A DNA stretch of 64,000 bases from an uncultured Clostridia bacterium (GCA_947585745.1 CANPXF010000010.1:4479-68478), one strand, 5' to 3'. Positions 10,061 to 20,680 are shown, counted from the stretch's first letter. A program made the numbers and translations. The notes: a model not told the origin generated them from the letters alone.

Positions 10061-12469
10061 ATGTATGAATTTAAAAACTTTACCCAAAAGGCTAACAAAG
10101 CTTTAAACCTCGCTATGACTTGCGCGGGCGAAATGGGACATACCTATATCGGTACCGAGCATCTCCTTCTCGGTCTTATTAAAGAGGGGAGCGGAGTTGC
10201 CGCTACCACTCTTTCTCAAGCGGGTTTGGATGCCGACGAGCTTGAAAACAGAATAAAAGAAACCACGGGTACGGGCGCGCCGATAACTCTTTCACCGAAC
10301 GATTTTACGCCCCGAAGCAAGCGCGTTATGCAAAATGCAGTTATAATAGCGTCGCGTCTCGGCAGTAATTATGTGGGAACGGAGCATCTGCTTTTCAGCA
10401 TTATGCAGGAAACCGACAGCTACGCGTACAATTTCCTGACAGAACTTGGGGTAAATCTCAATGCTGTTATGGATACCGCGGAGGATTATGTCGGTGATGA
10501 AAACCGCTCCGAGGGTAACCCGAAAAGCAATACAAAGGGTCTTGATAAATTTGGAAGAGATTTAACCTCCGCCGCGAAGAAAGGTGAAATTGACCCCGTA
10601 ATCGGACGTGAAAAAGAAATTGAAAGAGTAATTCAGATTCTTTCACGCCGTACAAAAAACAATCCCGTTCTTATCGGCGAGCCGGGCGTAGGTAAAACCG
10701 CCGTTGCCGAGGGACTGGCGCTTAAAATTGTCGAGGGGCAGGTTCCCGAAATCCTCCGTGATAAGCGGATAGTAAGCCTTGACCTCACGGGAATGGTAGC
10801 GGGAGCCAAGTACCGCGGAGATTTTGAGGAAAGAATTAAAGAGGCCATTGACGAGGTTAAAAAATCAAAGAACGTTATTCTCTTTATAGACGAGCTCCAT
10901 ACAATTGTGGGCGCGGGCTCCGCCGAGGGCAGTACCGATGCGGCAAATATTTTAAAGCCTTCGCTCGCAAGGGGAGATTTTCAGGTAATAGGTGCGACGA
11001 CAATTTCAGAGTACAGAAAATATATCGAAAAGGACGCGGCTCTGGAAAGACGTTTTCAGCCTGTTAATGTCGGAGAGCCGAGCGAGGAAGAAACAGTTCA
11101 GATTTTAGAGGGACTGCGCGACCGTTATGAGGCGCACCACAAGGTGAAAATTACCGATGAGGCTATTAAAGCGGCGGTAAGTCTTTCGGCAAGATATATT
11201 TCCGACAGATTTCTCCCTGATAAGGCAATTGACCTTATTGACGAGAGCGCCTCAAAGGTAAGGCTTAAAAGTCTTACAACTCCCGAAAGCTTAAAAGAGC
11301 TTGAAGAAAAGGTTAAAAATCTTGAGGCTGAAAAGGCGAGCGCTGTAAATGAACAGGAATTTGAACGCGCCGCAAAAATCCGTGACGAGCAGAAATCAGT
11401 CAGCAAACAGCTTGAAGAAGAAAAACAAAAGTGGCAGGAAAATCAGAACAGCGCGACAGGCGAGGTGACCGCCGAGAATATCGCGCAGGTAGTTTCCCAA
11501 TGGACTGGAATACCCGTTGTAAGACTGACCGAGGAGGAGAGCGACAGACTTCTGAAAATGGAAGACGTTCTCCACGACAGAGTAGTAGGCCAGGACGAGG
11601 CTGTTAAAGCCGTTGCAAGGGCTATCCGCCGAGGCAGAGTGGGGCTTAAAGACCCCAACCGTCCGATAGGCTCGTTTATCTTCTTGGGACCTACGGGCGT
11701 AGGAAAAACCGAGCTGTGCAAGGCTCTCGCCCAGGCTATGTTCGGCGATGAAAACGCTATGATTCGTCTTGATATGTCGGAGTTTATGGAAAAGCATACG
11801 GTTTCAAAGCTTATCGGCTCGCCTCCTGGATATGTAGGCTTTGACGAGGGAAGCCATTTTACCGAAAAGGTAAGAAGAAAACCGTATTCCGTAATTCTCT
11901 TTGATGAAATTGAAAAGGCGCACCCCGACGTTTTCAACACTCTGCTCCAGATTCTTGACGACGGCAGATTAACGGATTCGCAGGGAAGAACGGTTGACTT
12001 TAAAAATACCGTAATAATTATGACGAGTAATGTCGGCGCGCGTCTGATTACCGAAAAACAGAACAGCCTCGGTTTTGCTGATAACAAGGACGAGGAAAAC
12101 GAGAATATTAAGGAAATTGTAATGGGAGAGCTGAAAAAAACATTCCGTCCCGAGTTTTTAAATCGAATCGACGACATAATTGTGTTTAATAAGCTTTCTC
12201 AAAGCGAGATTAAAGAAATTGCGGGAAAAATGCTTGAAAATCTTAAAAAGCGTCTTAAAGCCATAGAGGTTGACGTTGACTTCACCGACAACGCGATAAC
12301 CGAAATAGCAAACGCGGGCTATGATGAAAGCTACGGAGCGCGTCCGTTAAGAAGGGCTATTACAAGTAAAATTGAGGACGAACTCTCCGAGCGTATTTTA
12401 GACGGTACGGTTAATAAAAATACAAAAATCACCTGCGATTATAAAGACGGAAAGTTTGTTTTTGAGTAA
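10061..12469 (+). CDS. clpC: ATP-dependent Clp protease ATP-binding subunit ClpC
   Basis: Clp N repeats, two AAA+ modules (GEPGVGKTA, GPTGVGKTE) and a UVR linker (EQEFERAAKIRDEQ); 802 aa. Confidence 0.95.
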   Translation: MYEFKNFTQKANKALNLAMTCAGEMGHTYIGTEHLLLGLIKEGSGVAATTLSQAGLDADELENRIKETTGTGAPITLSPNDFTPRSKRVMQNAVIIASRLGSNYVGTEHLLFSIMQETDSYAYNFLTELGVNLNAVMDTAEDYVGDENRSEGNPKSNTKGLDKFGRDLTSAAKKGEIDPVIGREKEIERVIQILSRRTKNNPVLIGEPGVGKTAVAEGLALKIVEGQVPEILRDKRIVSLDLTGMVAGAKYRGDFEERIKEAIDEVKKSKNVILFIDELHTIVGAGSAEGSTDAANILKPSLARGDFQVIGATTISEYRKYIEKDAALERRFQPVNVGEPSEEETVQILEGLRDRYEAHHKVKITDEAIKAAVSLSARYISDRFLPDKAIDLIDESASKVRLKSLTTPESLKELEEKVKNLEAEKASAVNEQEFERAAKIRDEQKSVSKQLEEEKQKWQENQNSATGEVTAENIAQVVSQWTGIPVVRLTEEESDRLLKMEDVLHDRVVGQDEAVKAVARAIRRGRVGLKDPNRPIGSFIFLGPTGVGKTELCKALAQAMFGDENAMIRLDMSEFMEKHTVSKLIGSPPGYVGFDEGSHFTEKVRRKPYSVILFDEIEKAHPDVFNTLLQILDDGRLTDSQGRTVDFKNTVIIMTSNVGARLITEKQNSLGFADNKDEENENIKEIVMGELKKTFRPEFLNRIDDIIVFNKLSQSEIKEIAGKMLENLKKRLKAIEVDVDFTDNAITEIANAGYDESYGARPLRRAITSKIEDELSERILDGTVNKNTKITCDYKDGKFVFE

Positions 12470-12580
12470 TCACATATATCCGCGTCAGACAATGCGGTCC
12501 CTCTCTGAAGTTTAATATTCCTCATAAGTTCGTGCCTCTATTTTACTTTGGATAGGATAGGTTCTGCTATATGCTATTGA

Positions 12581-12629
12581 AAAAGGAAACGTATGATAGA
12601 AAACTATTAATTCTATCATACGTTTCCTT
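12581..12629. terminator. Bidirectional terminator (clpC / SOD gene)
   Basis: Perfect 20-bp stem aaaggaaacgtatgatagaa / ttctatcatacgtttccttt with a 9-nt loop, flanked by A/T runs. Confidence 0.7.
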
Positions 12630-12652
12630 TAAAATTAAAAAAATGCGTTGTT

Positions 12653-13138
12653 TTAGGCTTTAACTATTATTCCGCAGGCGATTTTTTCTCCCGCGTCGCC
12701 CGACGGCTGAGTTTTAAAATCATCGGGATTGTCGTGAATAATAAGCGCGTTTCCGATTATATCGCTTATCTTAAATCTGTCAGTCACAAAAGCCAAATAC
12801 GCGTTTCCTTCCGCTGAAATCAACGGCGGAAAATCTCCCGAGTGTTCGGGATGCGGAGAATTTTTCGGGTTATAATGCTCTCCTGCATTTAAGAATTCGT
12901 CCTCGCTGTTTCCCGTACAGCTTTTTCCGTTGTGAAGATGAAACGCAAAAAAACCTGTTTCGGTTTGAGGCAGATTTTCAGCGCTTATCACTACAAGTAC
13001 GCCGTTTGGGAGCTGATAGAAAAGCGCCTCGGCGAAAAGGCTTGGATTTTTCTCTCCGCCTCTTATATACGCTTTTGCGCTTTCTTCGTGATACATCTGT
13101 ATTTTTGCAAGCTCGTTTTCCTTATAAGTAAATATCAT
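12653..13138 (-). CDS. sodC: Cu/Zn superoxide dismutase family protein, no signal peptide
   Basis: FAFHLHNG (Cu His pair), AGEHYNP...PHPEHSGDFPPL (bridging His and Zn ligands), ALIIHDNPDD, IACGII. The ATG at 13138 is preferred over the TTG at 13150. Confidence 0.8.
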   Translation of the reverse strand: MIFTYKENELAKIQMYHEESAKAYIRGGEKNPSLFAEALFYQLPNGVLVVISAENLPQTETGFFAFHLHNGKSCTGNSEDEFLNAGEHYNPKNSPHPEHSGDFPPLISAEGNAYLAFVTDRFKISDIIGNALIIHDNPDDFKTQPSGDAGEKIACGIIVKA

Positions 13139-13260
13139 AATACCACCCAATGTATATTATGACGTAATTATTTTTACCGTGCGGTTATTTTTTAAAATAT
13201 ATTGTCTAAAATCTAATAATATGGTAAAATTTATAACATATTATATTTTCAGGGGTAATT

Positions 13261-14163
13261 ATGTTAAAGAATTTTAAGGGAAATTTGATACTTCTTTTTA
13301 CGGCTGTAATTTGGGGAAGCAGTTTTGTCGCTCAAAGCGAGGGTATGGATTATGTACAGCCGTTTACATATAACGCAATAAGAATGATTATCGGCGGTAT
13401 GACGCTTGTACCTGTAATTTTATGCTTTAAATTTTTTTCAAGAAAATCAGAACCCAAAAAATCGGTTAATATTAAAACAACCCTAATCGGGGGAGCTTTA
13501 TGCGGACTCGCCCTTTGCGCCGCAAGCGCCCTTCAACAGGTCGGTCTTGTTTCCACAACCGCGGGAAAATCGGGATTTGTTACCGCTTTATACGTTATTA
13601 TTGTTCCGATATTACAGCTTATACTCGGGAAAAATCAGCCGAAAAAAATTTGGATATGTGTAATTTTTGCAATAATCGGTTTCTATCTTTTATGTATAAA
13701 CGGAGATTTTACAGTGTCAATCGGCGACCTGTTAACTCTTGCCTGCGCGTTCATATTTGCGCTCCACATTATTATAATCGACCGCTTTCTTGAAAAGGGC
13801 GCGGACGCAATGATAATGTCGTGTATTCAATTTTGGGTGACGGGAATTATTATGCTCGTGTGTATGTTTATGTTTGAAACTCCGAATATAAACGATATTT
13901 TTAGAGCGAGATATACAATTTTATATACGGGCGTTTTATCCTGCGGTGTTGCGTACACCCTGCAAATTGTCGGCCAGCGTTATACTGCCCCGACAGTCGC
14001 AACCCTGATTATGAGCTTAGAGTCGGTATTTGCCGCAATATCAGGCTGGCTGATTCTCGGAGAACAGCTTGCGCTTAAAGAATTTTTCGGTTGCGTTTTA
14101 GTGTTTACGGCTGTAATAATTGCGCAGATTGATATTCCCAAAAAACATATTAAATCCGATTAA
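13261..14163 (+). CDS. EamA/DMT family transporter
   Basis: Ten predicted TM segments in two EamA-like halves; WGSSFVAQ near the N-terminus. Confidence 0.85.
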   Translation: MLKNFKGNLILLFTAVIWGSSFVAQSEGMDYVQPFTYNAIRMIIGGMTLVPVILCFKFFSRKSEPKKSVNIKTTLIGGALCGLALCAASALQQVGLVSTTAGKSGFVTALYVIIVPILQLILGKNQPKKIWICVIFAIIGFYLLCINGDFTVSIGDLLTLACAFIFALHIIIIDRFLEKGADAMIMSCIQFWVTGIIMLVCMFMFETPNINDIFRARYTILYTGVLSCGVAYTLQIVGQRYTAPTVATLIMSLESVFAAISGWLILGEQLALKEFFGCVLVFTAVIIAQIDIPKKHIKSD

Positions 14164-14227
14164 ATATATTTTGAGTAAAAAATAAAGCGGGCGCTTTTAA
14201 TGCGCTCGCTTAAATTATGACAATCTT

Positions 14228-14530
14228 TTAGATTTTATGCGCTAACGCTCTCGAAAGCCACGCGTCGCCTACGTCCATCGCAACGAATAATCCCTGCTTT
14301 TCGCTTGATTTTACAAGCTGGCGTCTTGGAGAAAGACCAGGGTCAGTCGCCATAAGCTGAACGGCGACCTTATCGGCAACCTCAACTCCGTTAACCTCGC
14401 GTTTGCTTTTGATTACGAGGTGTATTACATACTCATCGTCCATATTTCCGTAGTATAATTCATCTCCGCAACGCACGAGCGGTTTTCCCTTATATGTCGG
14501 GAATTTCTGCTTTTCAGACACAAGCGTCAA
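14228..14530 (-). CDS. Hypothetical protein (100 aa)
   Basis: Clean ORF immediately downstream of the IreB-like gene. I recognise no motif. Confidence 0.5.
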   Translation of the reverse strand: MTLVSEKQKFPTYKGKPLVRCGDELYYGNMDDEYVIHLVIKSKREVNGVEVADKVAVQLMATDPGLSPRRQLVKSSEKQGLFVAMDVGDAWLSRALAHKI

Positions 14531-14538
14531 TCCTTTCG

Positions 14539-14787
14539 TTATTCTAAATTTAAGTATGATTTCACAAGTGCTTCCAACAAATCATCTCTGTCAATTCGGC
14601 TTATAAGATTTCTCGCATTGTTGTAAGTTGTGATATAAGTGGGGTCCTCGGAGAGAATATATCCGACAATTTGATTGATAGGGTTATAGCCTTTTTCCTC
14701 AAGCGCGCGGTAAACCGTATTAAGCGTAAGCTTAATCTGGTCGTCCTTATTGTCGTCTAACGAGAAAACCATCGTCTTATCCAACAT
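14539..14787 (-). CDS. IreB/UPF0297 family regulatory phosphoprotein
   Basis: [54 protein letters not shown] closely resembles B. subtilis YrzL. ATG at 14787 sits behind GGAGGTG. Confidence 0.8.
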   Translation of the reverse strand: MLDKTMVFSLDDNKDDQIKLTLNTVYRALEEKGYNPINQIVGYILSEDPTYITTYNNARNLISRIDRDDLLEALVKSYLNLE

Positions 14788-14920
14788 ATGGAAACACCTC
14801 CATTTCAAAACTCTAATTCATTATCATTCTAACACACTTGTTTATTTTAGTCAAGAATTTTATATATACAGGTAAAAGCAATGCCGGACAGATGTTAAAT
14901 AACATTTGTCCGACATTAGT

Positions 14921-17290
14921 TTATGTTCTTAAATTAACTCCGATATTTTTAAGATTATCAATAACCTTATCCATAATATTCTGAACCTCATCAGATGAAA
15001 GAGTTCTCTCATTTGAGGAAAATTCAAATCTTATTGTAATACTGTGGATAGTGTCCGTGTCGTAGGTATCTACGATTTTTGTATCTTTAAGAATATTTTC
15101 GCCTAAGCCCTCCCAGCATTTCGCAAGCTTGCTGAAGAACGTACCCGATTTTAACTCAAGACTTAAATCATAGGTCATCGGCGGGAATTTTGAAGGCTCG
15201 CTGTAGCTTATGCCAGCGTTCTCGGATTTTGCGAATTTTTGAATATCAATTTCGGCAAAAACGACATTTCCCTTCTTGTCAATCTTTTTAGAAACGACGG
15301 GGTGAACTATACCGATTTTACCGATAACCTCACCGTCAAGGATAATTTCGTTTAAGTTAACAGGGTGTTCATAGCTGTGCTCTGCTTTAGCCGTATTAAA
15401 TGTAAGCATCTTGTGTTTAATATCGTCTGTTACAGATGCCAAAATATCTCTCAGCTTAAAGTAGAGCGTTTTTATATTTTCGTTTTTGCTATAGAGCGTA
15501 ACACCGAGCTTTTTCTTTTCTATACAAAGATTATTTTCATCTACGCCCTCTACAACCCTGCCGATTTCAAATATGCCGAAGCTTTGAGCATAGCCGATAT
15601 TTGTTTTAACCTGGCAAAGCTGTGTCGGAATAATTGAACGCCTCAGAGTTTCGATATTCGGATTAGTCGCGTTTGCAAGTTTTATATTTTCCTCTACCGG
15701 TATTCCAAGCGCTTTCTGCTCGTCATTATAAGCCCATACATACGAGTGCAACTCGTGGAGATTGTATTTTTTAACTAAAATATCTTTAATTTTCTCCTCG
15801 TCGCTCTTTACTCTGTCCATTCTGACAGGATACAGGGGTGAACGTGTAGTATTGATTTCAAAATTATCGTAGCCGTAAATTCTCGTGATTTCCTCGATAA
15901 TATCCGCTTTAATTGTAACGTCCTTTGTTGCTCTCCAGCTCGGAACGTCAACTGTAAACTGTGCGCCGTCAAGTTTTGCCTTAAAGCCTAAAGAAGTCAG
16001 GGTTTTTATAATCTCATCGTCGGAAATTTCAATACCCGTATACTTGTCGACAAAAGCCTTGTCAAACGAAAGCGTAACGTCGTCATACTTGTATGCGTAT
16101 TCGTCAGTCAAAGAGCTGACAACCTTAATACCGCCGTCATACTCTTTTAAAAGCTTAACAAAACGCGCGATTGCAACGTCGGTCATCTCGGGGTCGAGGG
16201 ATTTCTCATAACGCATAGAAGCGTCTGTCCTGTGGGCAAGTCTGACTGTCGATTTGCGGATTGAAGCCGCGTCAAAGGTTGCCGACTCCAGCGTAAGGGT
16301 TGTAGTATCGTCAACGATTTCCGAGTCAAGTCCGCCCATAATACCCGCGATTGCGACAGGGGTATTATCGTTGCAAATCATAAGCGTATTCTCGTCAATA
16401 TTTCTTTCAACTCCGTCAAGTGTTTTAAATGTGAAAGGCTTTTCAAAGCGTTTAATTCTGATTTTTCCGACTTTTCTTGAGTCAAATGCGTGCATCGGCT
16501 GACCCATTTCAAGCATAAGATAGTTTGTCAAATCGGCAAGGAAGTTAATTGCTCTCATACCGCAGTAGTAAAGCCTTATCCTCATATTAACGGGGCTTAC
16601 GTTTCGGGTGATGTTCTCAACCTGCAAGCAGGAGTATCTGTAGCAAAGCGGGTCCTCGATTTTCATATCAATCTTTTTAAGCCCGTCATACTCCTTCAAA
16701 TCAACTGTATCAAGCGCCCTCAAAGGTCTTCCCGCGAGAGAGGCGAACTCGCGCGCGATTCCGTAATGCCCCCAAAGGTCGGGACGGTTTGTGAGAGATT
16801 TGTTGTCAACCTCAAATACAATATCGTCAATCTCGTAAATATCCTTTAAATCTGTGCCGTTTTTAACGTCGTCGTCAATTTCCATAATGCCCGAGTTGTC
16901 GTCGCTTATTCCTATTTCCGCCTCGGAACAGCACATACCGTTTGAGTCGTATCCCGCAAGCTTTCTCGGAGAAATTGTAATATCGCCGATTTTGGCTCCG
17001 ACTTTGGCAAAAGCTGTTTTTAAACCGACCTTAACGTTCGGCGCTCCGCATACAACGTCAACCAAATCGTCTTCGCCTGTGTCGACTTTTAAAAGGTGAA
17101 GCTTTTTGCTTTCGGGGTGGTCAAGTACAGACTTAATTTCCGCCACAACAACTCCGCTTAAATTACTTCCTTTATAAAAGATTTCATTTTCAACCTCGGC
17201 GGTGGATAAGGAGAATTTTTGAATAAGCTCTACCTTGTCAAGACCGTCTAAGTCAACAAAATCCGAAATCCAATTCATTGATAAAAACAT
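14921..17290 (-). CDS. pheT: Phenylalanine--tRNA ligase beta subunit
   Basis: 789 aa with an MNWISDFV-type N-terminus, tRNA-binding, B3/4, B5 and FDX-ACB regions. Directly follows pheS. Confidence 0.95.
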   Translation of the reverse strand: MFLSMNWISDFVDLDGLDKVELIQKFSLSTAEVENEIFYKGSNLSGVVVAEIKSVLDHPESKKLHLLKVDTGEDDLVDVVCGAPNVKVGLKTAFAKVGAKIGDITISPRKLAGYDSNGMCCSEAEIGISDDNSGIMEIDDDVKNGTDLKDIYEIDDIVFEVDNKSLTNRPDLWGHYGIAREFASLAGRPLRALDTVDLKEYDGLKKIDMKIEDPLCYRYSCLQVENITRNVSPVNMRIRLYYCGMRAINFLADLTNYLMLEMGQPMHAFDSRKVGKIRIKRFEKPFTFKTLDGVERNIDENTLMICNDNTPVAIAGIMGGLDSEIVDDTTTLTLESATFDAASIRKSTVRLAHRTDASMRYEKSLDPEMTDVAIARFVKLLKEYDGGIKVVSSLTDEYAYKYDDVTLSFDKAFVDKYTGIEISDDEIIKTLTSLGFKAKLDGAQFTVDVPSWRATKDVTIKADIIEEITRIYGYDNFEINTTRSPLYPVRMDRVKSDEEKIKDILVKKYNLHELHSYVWAYNDEQKALGIPVEENIKLANATNPNIETLRRSIIPTQLCQVKTNIGYAQSFGIFEIGRVVEGVDENNLCIEKKKLGVTLYSKNENIKTLYFKLRDILASVTDDIKHKMLTFNTAKAEHSYEHPVNLNEIILDGEVIGKIGIVHPVVSKKIDKKGNVVFAEIDIQKFAKSENAGISYSEPSKFPPMTYDLSLELKSGTFFSKLAKCWEGLGENILKDTKIVDTYDTDTIHSITIRFEFSSNERTLSSDEVQNIMDKVIDNLKNIGVNLRT

Positions 17291-17302
17291 AGCTTTTCCT
17301 CC

Positions 17303-18355
17303 TTATTCATCATCTGTAAACTGCGATAAAGCTTTCAGGTTTCCGCTGTTTAAATCCCTTATGTCTTTAACGCCGTACTTCATCATAACAAGTCTTGTAA
17401 GGCCGAGTCCGAACGCAAAGCCCGTATATTTCTCGGGGTCAACTCCGCCTTCTTTTAATACCTCGGGGTGAATCATACCGCAGGGGCAAAGCTCCAGCCA
17501 ACCGCTCCTGTTACAGCTCGGACAGCCCGAACCTCCGCAGATAAGACAGTTAATGTCAAGCTCAAATCCGGGCTCGACAAAGGGGAAAAAGCCGGGACGA
17601 AGTCTTACCTTTATATCCTTTCTGAACACCTCGGAAAGCATAGTTTTCATAAAGTAGATGAGGTTTGAGATGCTTATGTCCTTATCGACCATAACACCCT
17701 CCATCTGGAAGAAGGTGTTTTCGTGAGTAGCGTCGGTCGCCTCGTTTCTGAAACAGCGTCCGGGGAAAATTGCCTTAATCGGGGTGCCGTTTTCAATAAG
17801 CCTTTTTCCGTATTTTTTTATGATAGCGTTTTGAGCGGCAGAGGTTTGGGATTTTAAAAGCTGACCGTTTTCAAGGTAGTAGGTATCCTGCATATCTCTT
17901 GCGGGATGATGCTTTGGAATATTCAGCGATTCAAAACATTCGTAGTCGGTTACAACCTCGGAATAATCCTCAACTGTAAAGCCCATTGACTTGAATATTG
18001 TTTCGCATTGTCTTTGAACTAAAGTAATCGGATGATACGAGCCTCTTGCAAGGTCCGGCGGGGTAGTAATGTCAAATTGAGGCATAGCGTCAATTTCAGC
18101 TTGAATTTCTTTTTCTTTAAGCTCCTTTGTTTTTGCCTCAATCGCTTGAGCGACCGAGCCCTTAAGCTCGTTTACCTTTTTACCAAATTCCTTTTTTTCC
18201 TCGTTTGAAAGGTCCTTCATACCCTTTAAAAGACCCGTAACACTGCCTTTTTTTCCGAGATAAGAAACTCTGATCTTATCAAGGTCAATCAGGTTCTGAA
18301 TTTTTGAAAGCTCTGTTTCAAGATTTTGTTTCAGGCTAATAATCTTATCGTCCAT
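17303..18355 (-). CDS. pheS: Phenylalanine--tRNA ligase alpha subunit
   Basis: HPARDMQDTYY, FPGRCFRNE, GFAFGLGLTRL class II motifs. ATG at 18355 sits behind GGAGG. Confidence 0.95.
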   Translation of the reverse strand: MDDKIISLKQNLETELSKIQNLIDLDKIRVSYLGKKGSVTGLLKGMKDLSNEEKKEFGKKVNELKGSVAQAIEAKTKELKEKEIQAEIDAMPQFDITTPPDLARGSYHPITLVQRQCETIFKSMGFTVEDYSEVVTDYECFESLNIPKHHPARDMQDTYYLENGQLLKSQTSAAQNAIIKKYGKRLIENGTPIKAIFPGRCFRNEATDATHENTFFQMEGVMVDKDISISNLIYFMKTMLSEVFRKDIKVRLRPGFFPFVEPGFELDINCLICGGSGCPSCNRSGWLELCPCGMIHPEVLKEGGVDPEKYTGFAFGLGLTRLVMMKYGVKDIRDLNSGNLKALSQFTDDE

Positions 18356-18374
18356 AATTACCTCCATAATTATA

Positions 18375-18605
18375 AAAATAAAAGTCCCTTTGAAAATCTC
18401 AAAGGGACGAATAAAATCCGCGGTACCACCCTGTTTTTTGCGCCGTAAAGAGCAAACACTCCGTTGACCTGTAACGGTGTCAGCCGTTGAAGCCTACTGT
18501 AAAATTCAGCCTCACCACTCAAAAGGGAACTTCATACTTTCAGCTAAGATGCGCGTTTTCAGCCAAGACGCACATTCTCTTTGCGTAGCGTTTGAAAATA
18601 CTACT
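18375..18605 (-). promoter_or_regulatory. T-box leader (Phe) with terminator
   Basis: Reverse strand carries AGGGTGGTACCGCGG (T-box core, 18417-18432), then the terminator GTCCCTTTGAGATTTTCAAAGGGAC plus a T-run (18384-18408). An AGAGA stem I motif is present, and a UUC triplet in ATGAAGTTCCC is the candidate specifier. Confidence 0.8.
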
Positions 18606-18727
18606 TTCTTTGTCATCGTGTTATCTTTGTGTATTTTACCATTTTAATTTCAAATATGCAAGAGTTTATTGAAAAAATTTGGCTGTTATGATATTATATT
18701 CAGTAGTTTACTGTTAAGGAGTTTAAA

Positions 18728-19276
18728 ATGAACGATATATTTATAGAACAGCTTGTTAAGAAAAAGAGAACAGTCAAGGACCGCGTAGTATTTATTGCGG
18801 TAATATTGGCGGTAATTCTTATTCCGCTTACTTTTATTATTTTAGCGACGCAAAAGCTGATTTTAGCTTATTTTGTCTATATCGCAGTCTTTCTTTTATT
18901 TTTCGGAATTTGGTTTATATGGTACGTTCGCTCTCACCAGAACATTGAGTTTGAATATCAGGTTGTCCAAGACACATTGGTAGTAAGTAAAATTATCGCA
19001 AAGCGCAAGCGCAAGGAAATAATGAAACTTGATGTTCGTACAATTGACCGTCTTTTAAAGGGAGATGACCCCGAGCTTAAAAAACTGAATTTTGTTAAGG
19101 TTTATGACGCGGCTAAACAATCGTTTAAAGACTCCGACACAACCTACGCCGTTTATCAGCACGCTGTTCACGGACGGTGCGCGCTGATGTTCACCCCTAA
19201 CGAGAAAGTTTTAAATTCTATGAAACCTTATCTGAAAAAGGATATTGTACTGAAAGTTTTTTATAACAGAGGCTGA
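18728..19276 (+). CDS. Hypothetical membrane protein (2 TM)
   Basis: Two N-terminal hydrophobic helices followed by a soluble domain; no recognised motif. Confidence 0.6.
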   Translation: MNDIFIEQLVKKKRTVKDRVVFIAVILAVILIPLTFIILATQKLILAYFVYIAVFLLFFGIWFIWYVRSHQNIEFEYQVVQDTLVVSKIIAKRKRKEIMKLDVRTIDRLLKGDDPELKKLNFVKVYDAAKQSFKDSDTTYAVYQHAVHGRCALMFTPNEKVLNSMKPYLKKDIVLKVFYNRG

Positions 19277-19279
19277 TTT

Positions 19280-20143
19280 ATGTATTGCCAGATTGATAAA
19301 AACCTTGTACGCTCCGCAATAAAAAAACGCAGGCCCGACTCTGATAAAACAACTATCGGAAGTCTGCTCTCGATTTGCGGCAGTTATTCTATGGCGGGCG
19401 CGGCGATAATGTCTGCAAAATCCGCGCTTAGAAGCGGAATCGGACTTTTAAAGCTTGCTGTTCCTAAGTCTGTTTATCCGATAGTTGCGCCTGTTGTTCC
19501 GGAGGCGGTTTTTTATCCTGTTGAGGATAATTTTCTTTCAGATTTTGACTTTATTGAAAAATCGAAATATTGCCGCGCAATACTTATCGGATGCGGTCTT
19601 TCGGTAAATAACGCGACGAGAGAATTGGTCGAAAATGTAATACTTAAAAGTGAAATTCCGCTTGTATTAGATGCCGACGCACTTAATATAGTTTCTGAAA
19701 ACACTTCGATTTTGCCAAAAGCAAATGTTCCGATTATAATTACACCGCACGACAGGGAATTTGCGAGAATGCTCGGATGCTATCCCGAAATGCTAAACGG
19801 GAAAAGGGAGGAGCTTTCGCTCAAATTTGCCGAACGTTACGGAGTTATTGTCGTTTTGAAAGGTCATAAAACCGTTGTCGCGAATCCCGACGGAGATGTT
19901 TTGTATAACGAACAGCTCGGAAACGCGGGAATGGCAACGGGAGGCAGCGGAGATGTTTTGGCAGGAATTATCGCGTCCCTTATTGCGCAGGGCTTTGACT
20001 GCTTCAAATCAGCCTGCAGCGGTGTGTATATTCACGCTTTGGCAGGCGATATTGCAAAAGAAAAATTCGGCGAAATTTCGATGCTTCCGACCGATATTAT
20101 CGACTGCCTTCCGAATGCTTTTAAAATGATTGATAATTATTAG
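19280..20143 (+). CDS. nnrD: ADP-dependent NAD(P)H-hydrate dehydratase
   Basis: YjeF C-terminal type: GSYSMAGAAIMSAKSALRSG...VLKGHKTVVA...GMATGGSGDVLAGIIASL. Confidence 0.85.
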   Translation: MYCQIDKNLVRSAIKKRRPDSDKTTIGSLLSICGSYSMAGAAIMSAKSALRSGIGLLKLAVPKSVYPIVAPVVPEAVFYPVEDNFLSDFDFIEKSKYCRAILIGCGLSVNNATRELVENVILKSEIPLVLDADALNIVSENTSILPKANVPIIITPHDREFARMLGCYPEMLNGKREELSLKFAERYGVIVVLKGHKTVVANPDGDVLYNEQLGNAGMATGGSGDVLAGIIASLIAQGFDCFKSACSGVYIHALAGDIAKEKFGEISMLPTDIIDCLPNAFKMIDNY

Positions 20144-20176
20144 AAATATAACATATAATTCAGCAGAGGTGATTTT

Positions 20177-20680
20177 ATGAAAAAAATACCCCTGCTGTTT
20201 TTTTGCGTAATTTTTCTTTTTTGCGGGTGTTCAAGGGAGCCTAAACCGCCTGAAAAAAGCTTTTCAAGTAAAATTTCTGCGTCGTTAAACGGCATAAAAA
20301 TTAAAGCTGATATAACTTCAAATTCAAGCGACTTTATAACTGTAAAATTAAAATCCCCCGAGTGCCTTAACGGCTATACTTATTCATATAAGGACGGTAA
20401 TTTTAAAATTTCCTATAAAAATTTCAGGATAAAAGCCAACGGAAATTATATTCCGAATACTTCATTTCCGCAGATAATTTACAACGTAATCCGAAGTATG
20501 AAAATAGAGGATAACTGCGTTTATCAGGGCGAATACAATTCCCTCGCAAAATTCAGGGGAAGATGTGACAGCGGAAAATATACTCTCACAACCGATTTTT
20601 CAACGGGACTTATAAAAGAAATTTCCATAAAAGAAAATAAATTTGATGCAAAATTCACAAATACAAAACCGATAAATTAA
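20177..20680 (+). CDS. Putative lipoprotein
   Basis: Signal peptide with lipobox LFCGC|S; no other motif. Confidence 0.6.
   Translation: MKKIPLLFFCVIFLFCGCSREPKPPEKSFSSKISASLNGIKIKADITSNSSDFITVKLKSPECLNGYTYSYKDGNFKISYKNFRIKANGNYIPNTSFPQIIYNVIRSMKIEDNCVYQGEYNSLAKFRGRCDSGKYTLTTDFSTGLIKEISIKENKFDAKFTNTKPIN

Noticed and set aside
11443-12177. 244-aa ORF (and 11396-11797, 11125-11406) antisense to clpC
   Set aside because: It lies entirely inside the strongly supported clpC frame. The Ser/Leu/Arg-rich composition is low-complexity and typical of the reverse complement of a GA-rich coding strand. It has no RBS.
12470-12580. About 110 nt of unassigned sequence between the clpC stop and the terminator, inspected for a riboswitch or sRNA
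   Set aside because: No conserved riboswitch core, promoter or stable helix that I could identify. It is probably just a 3' UTR.
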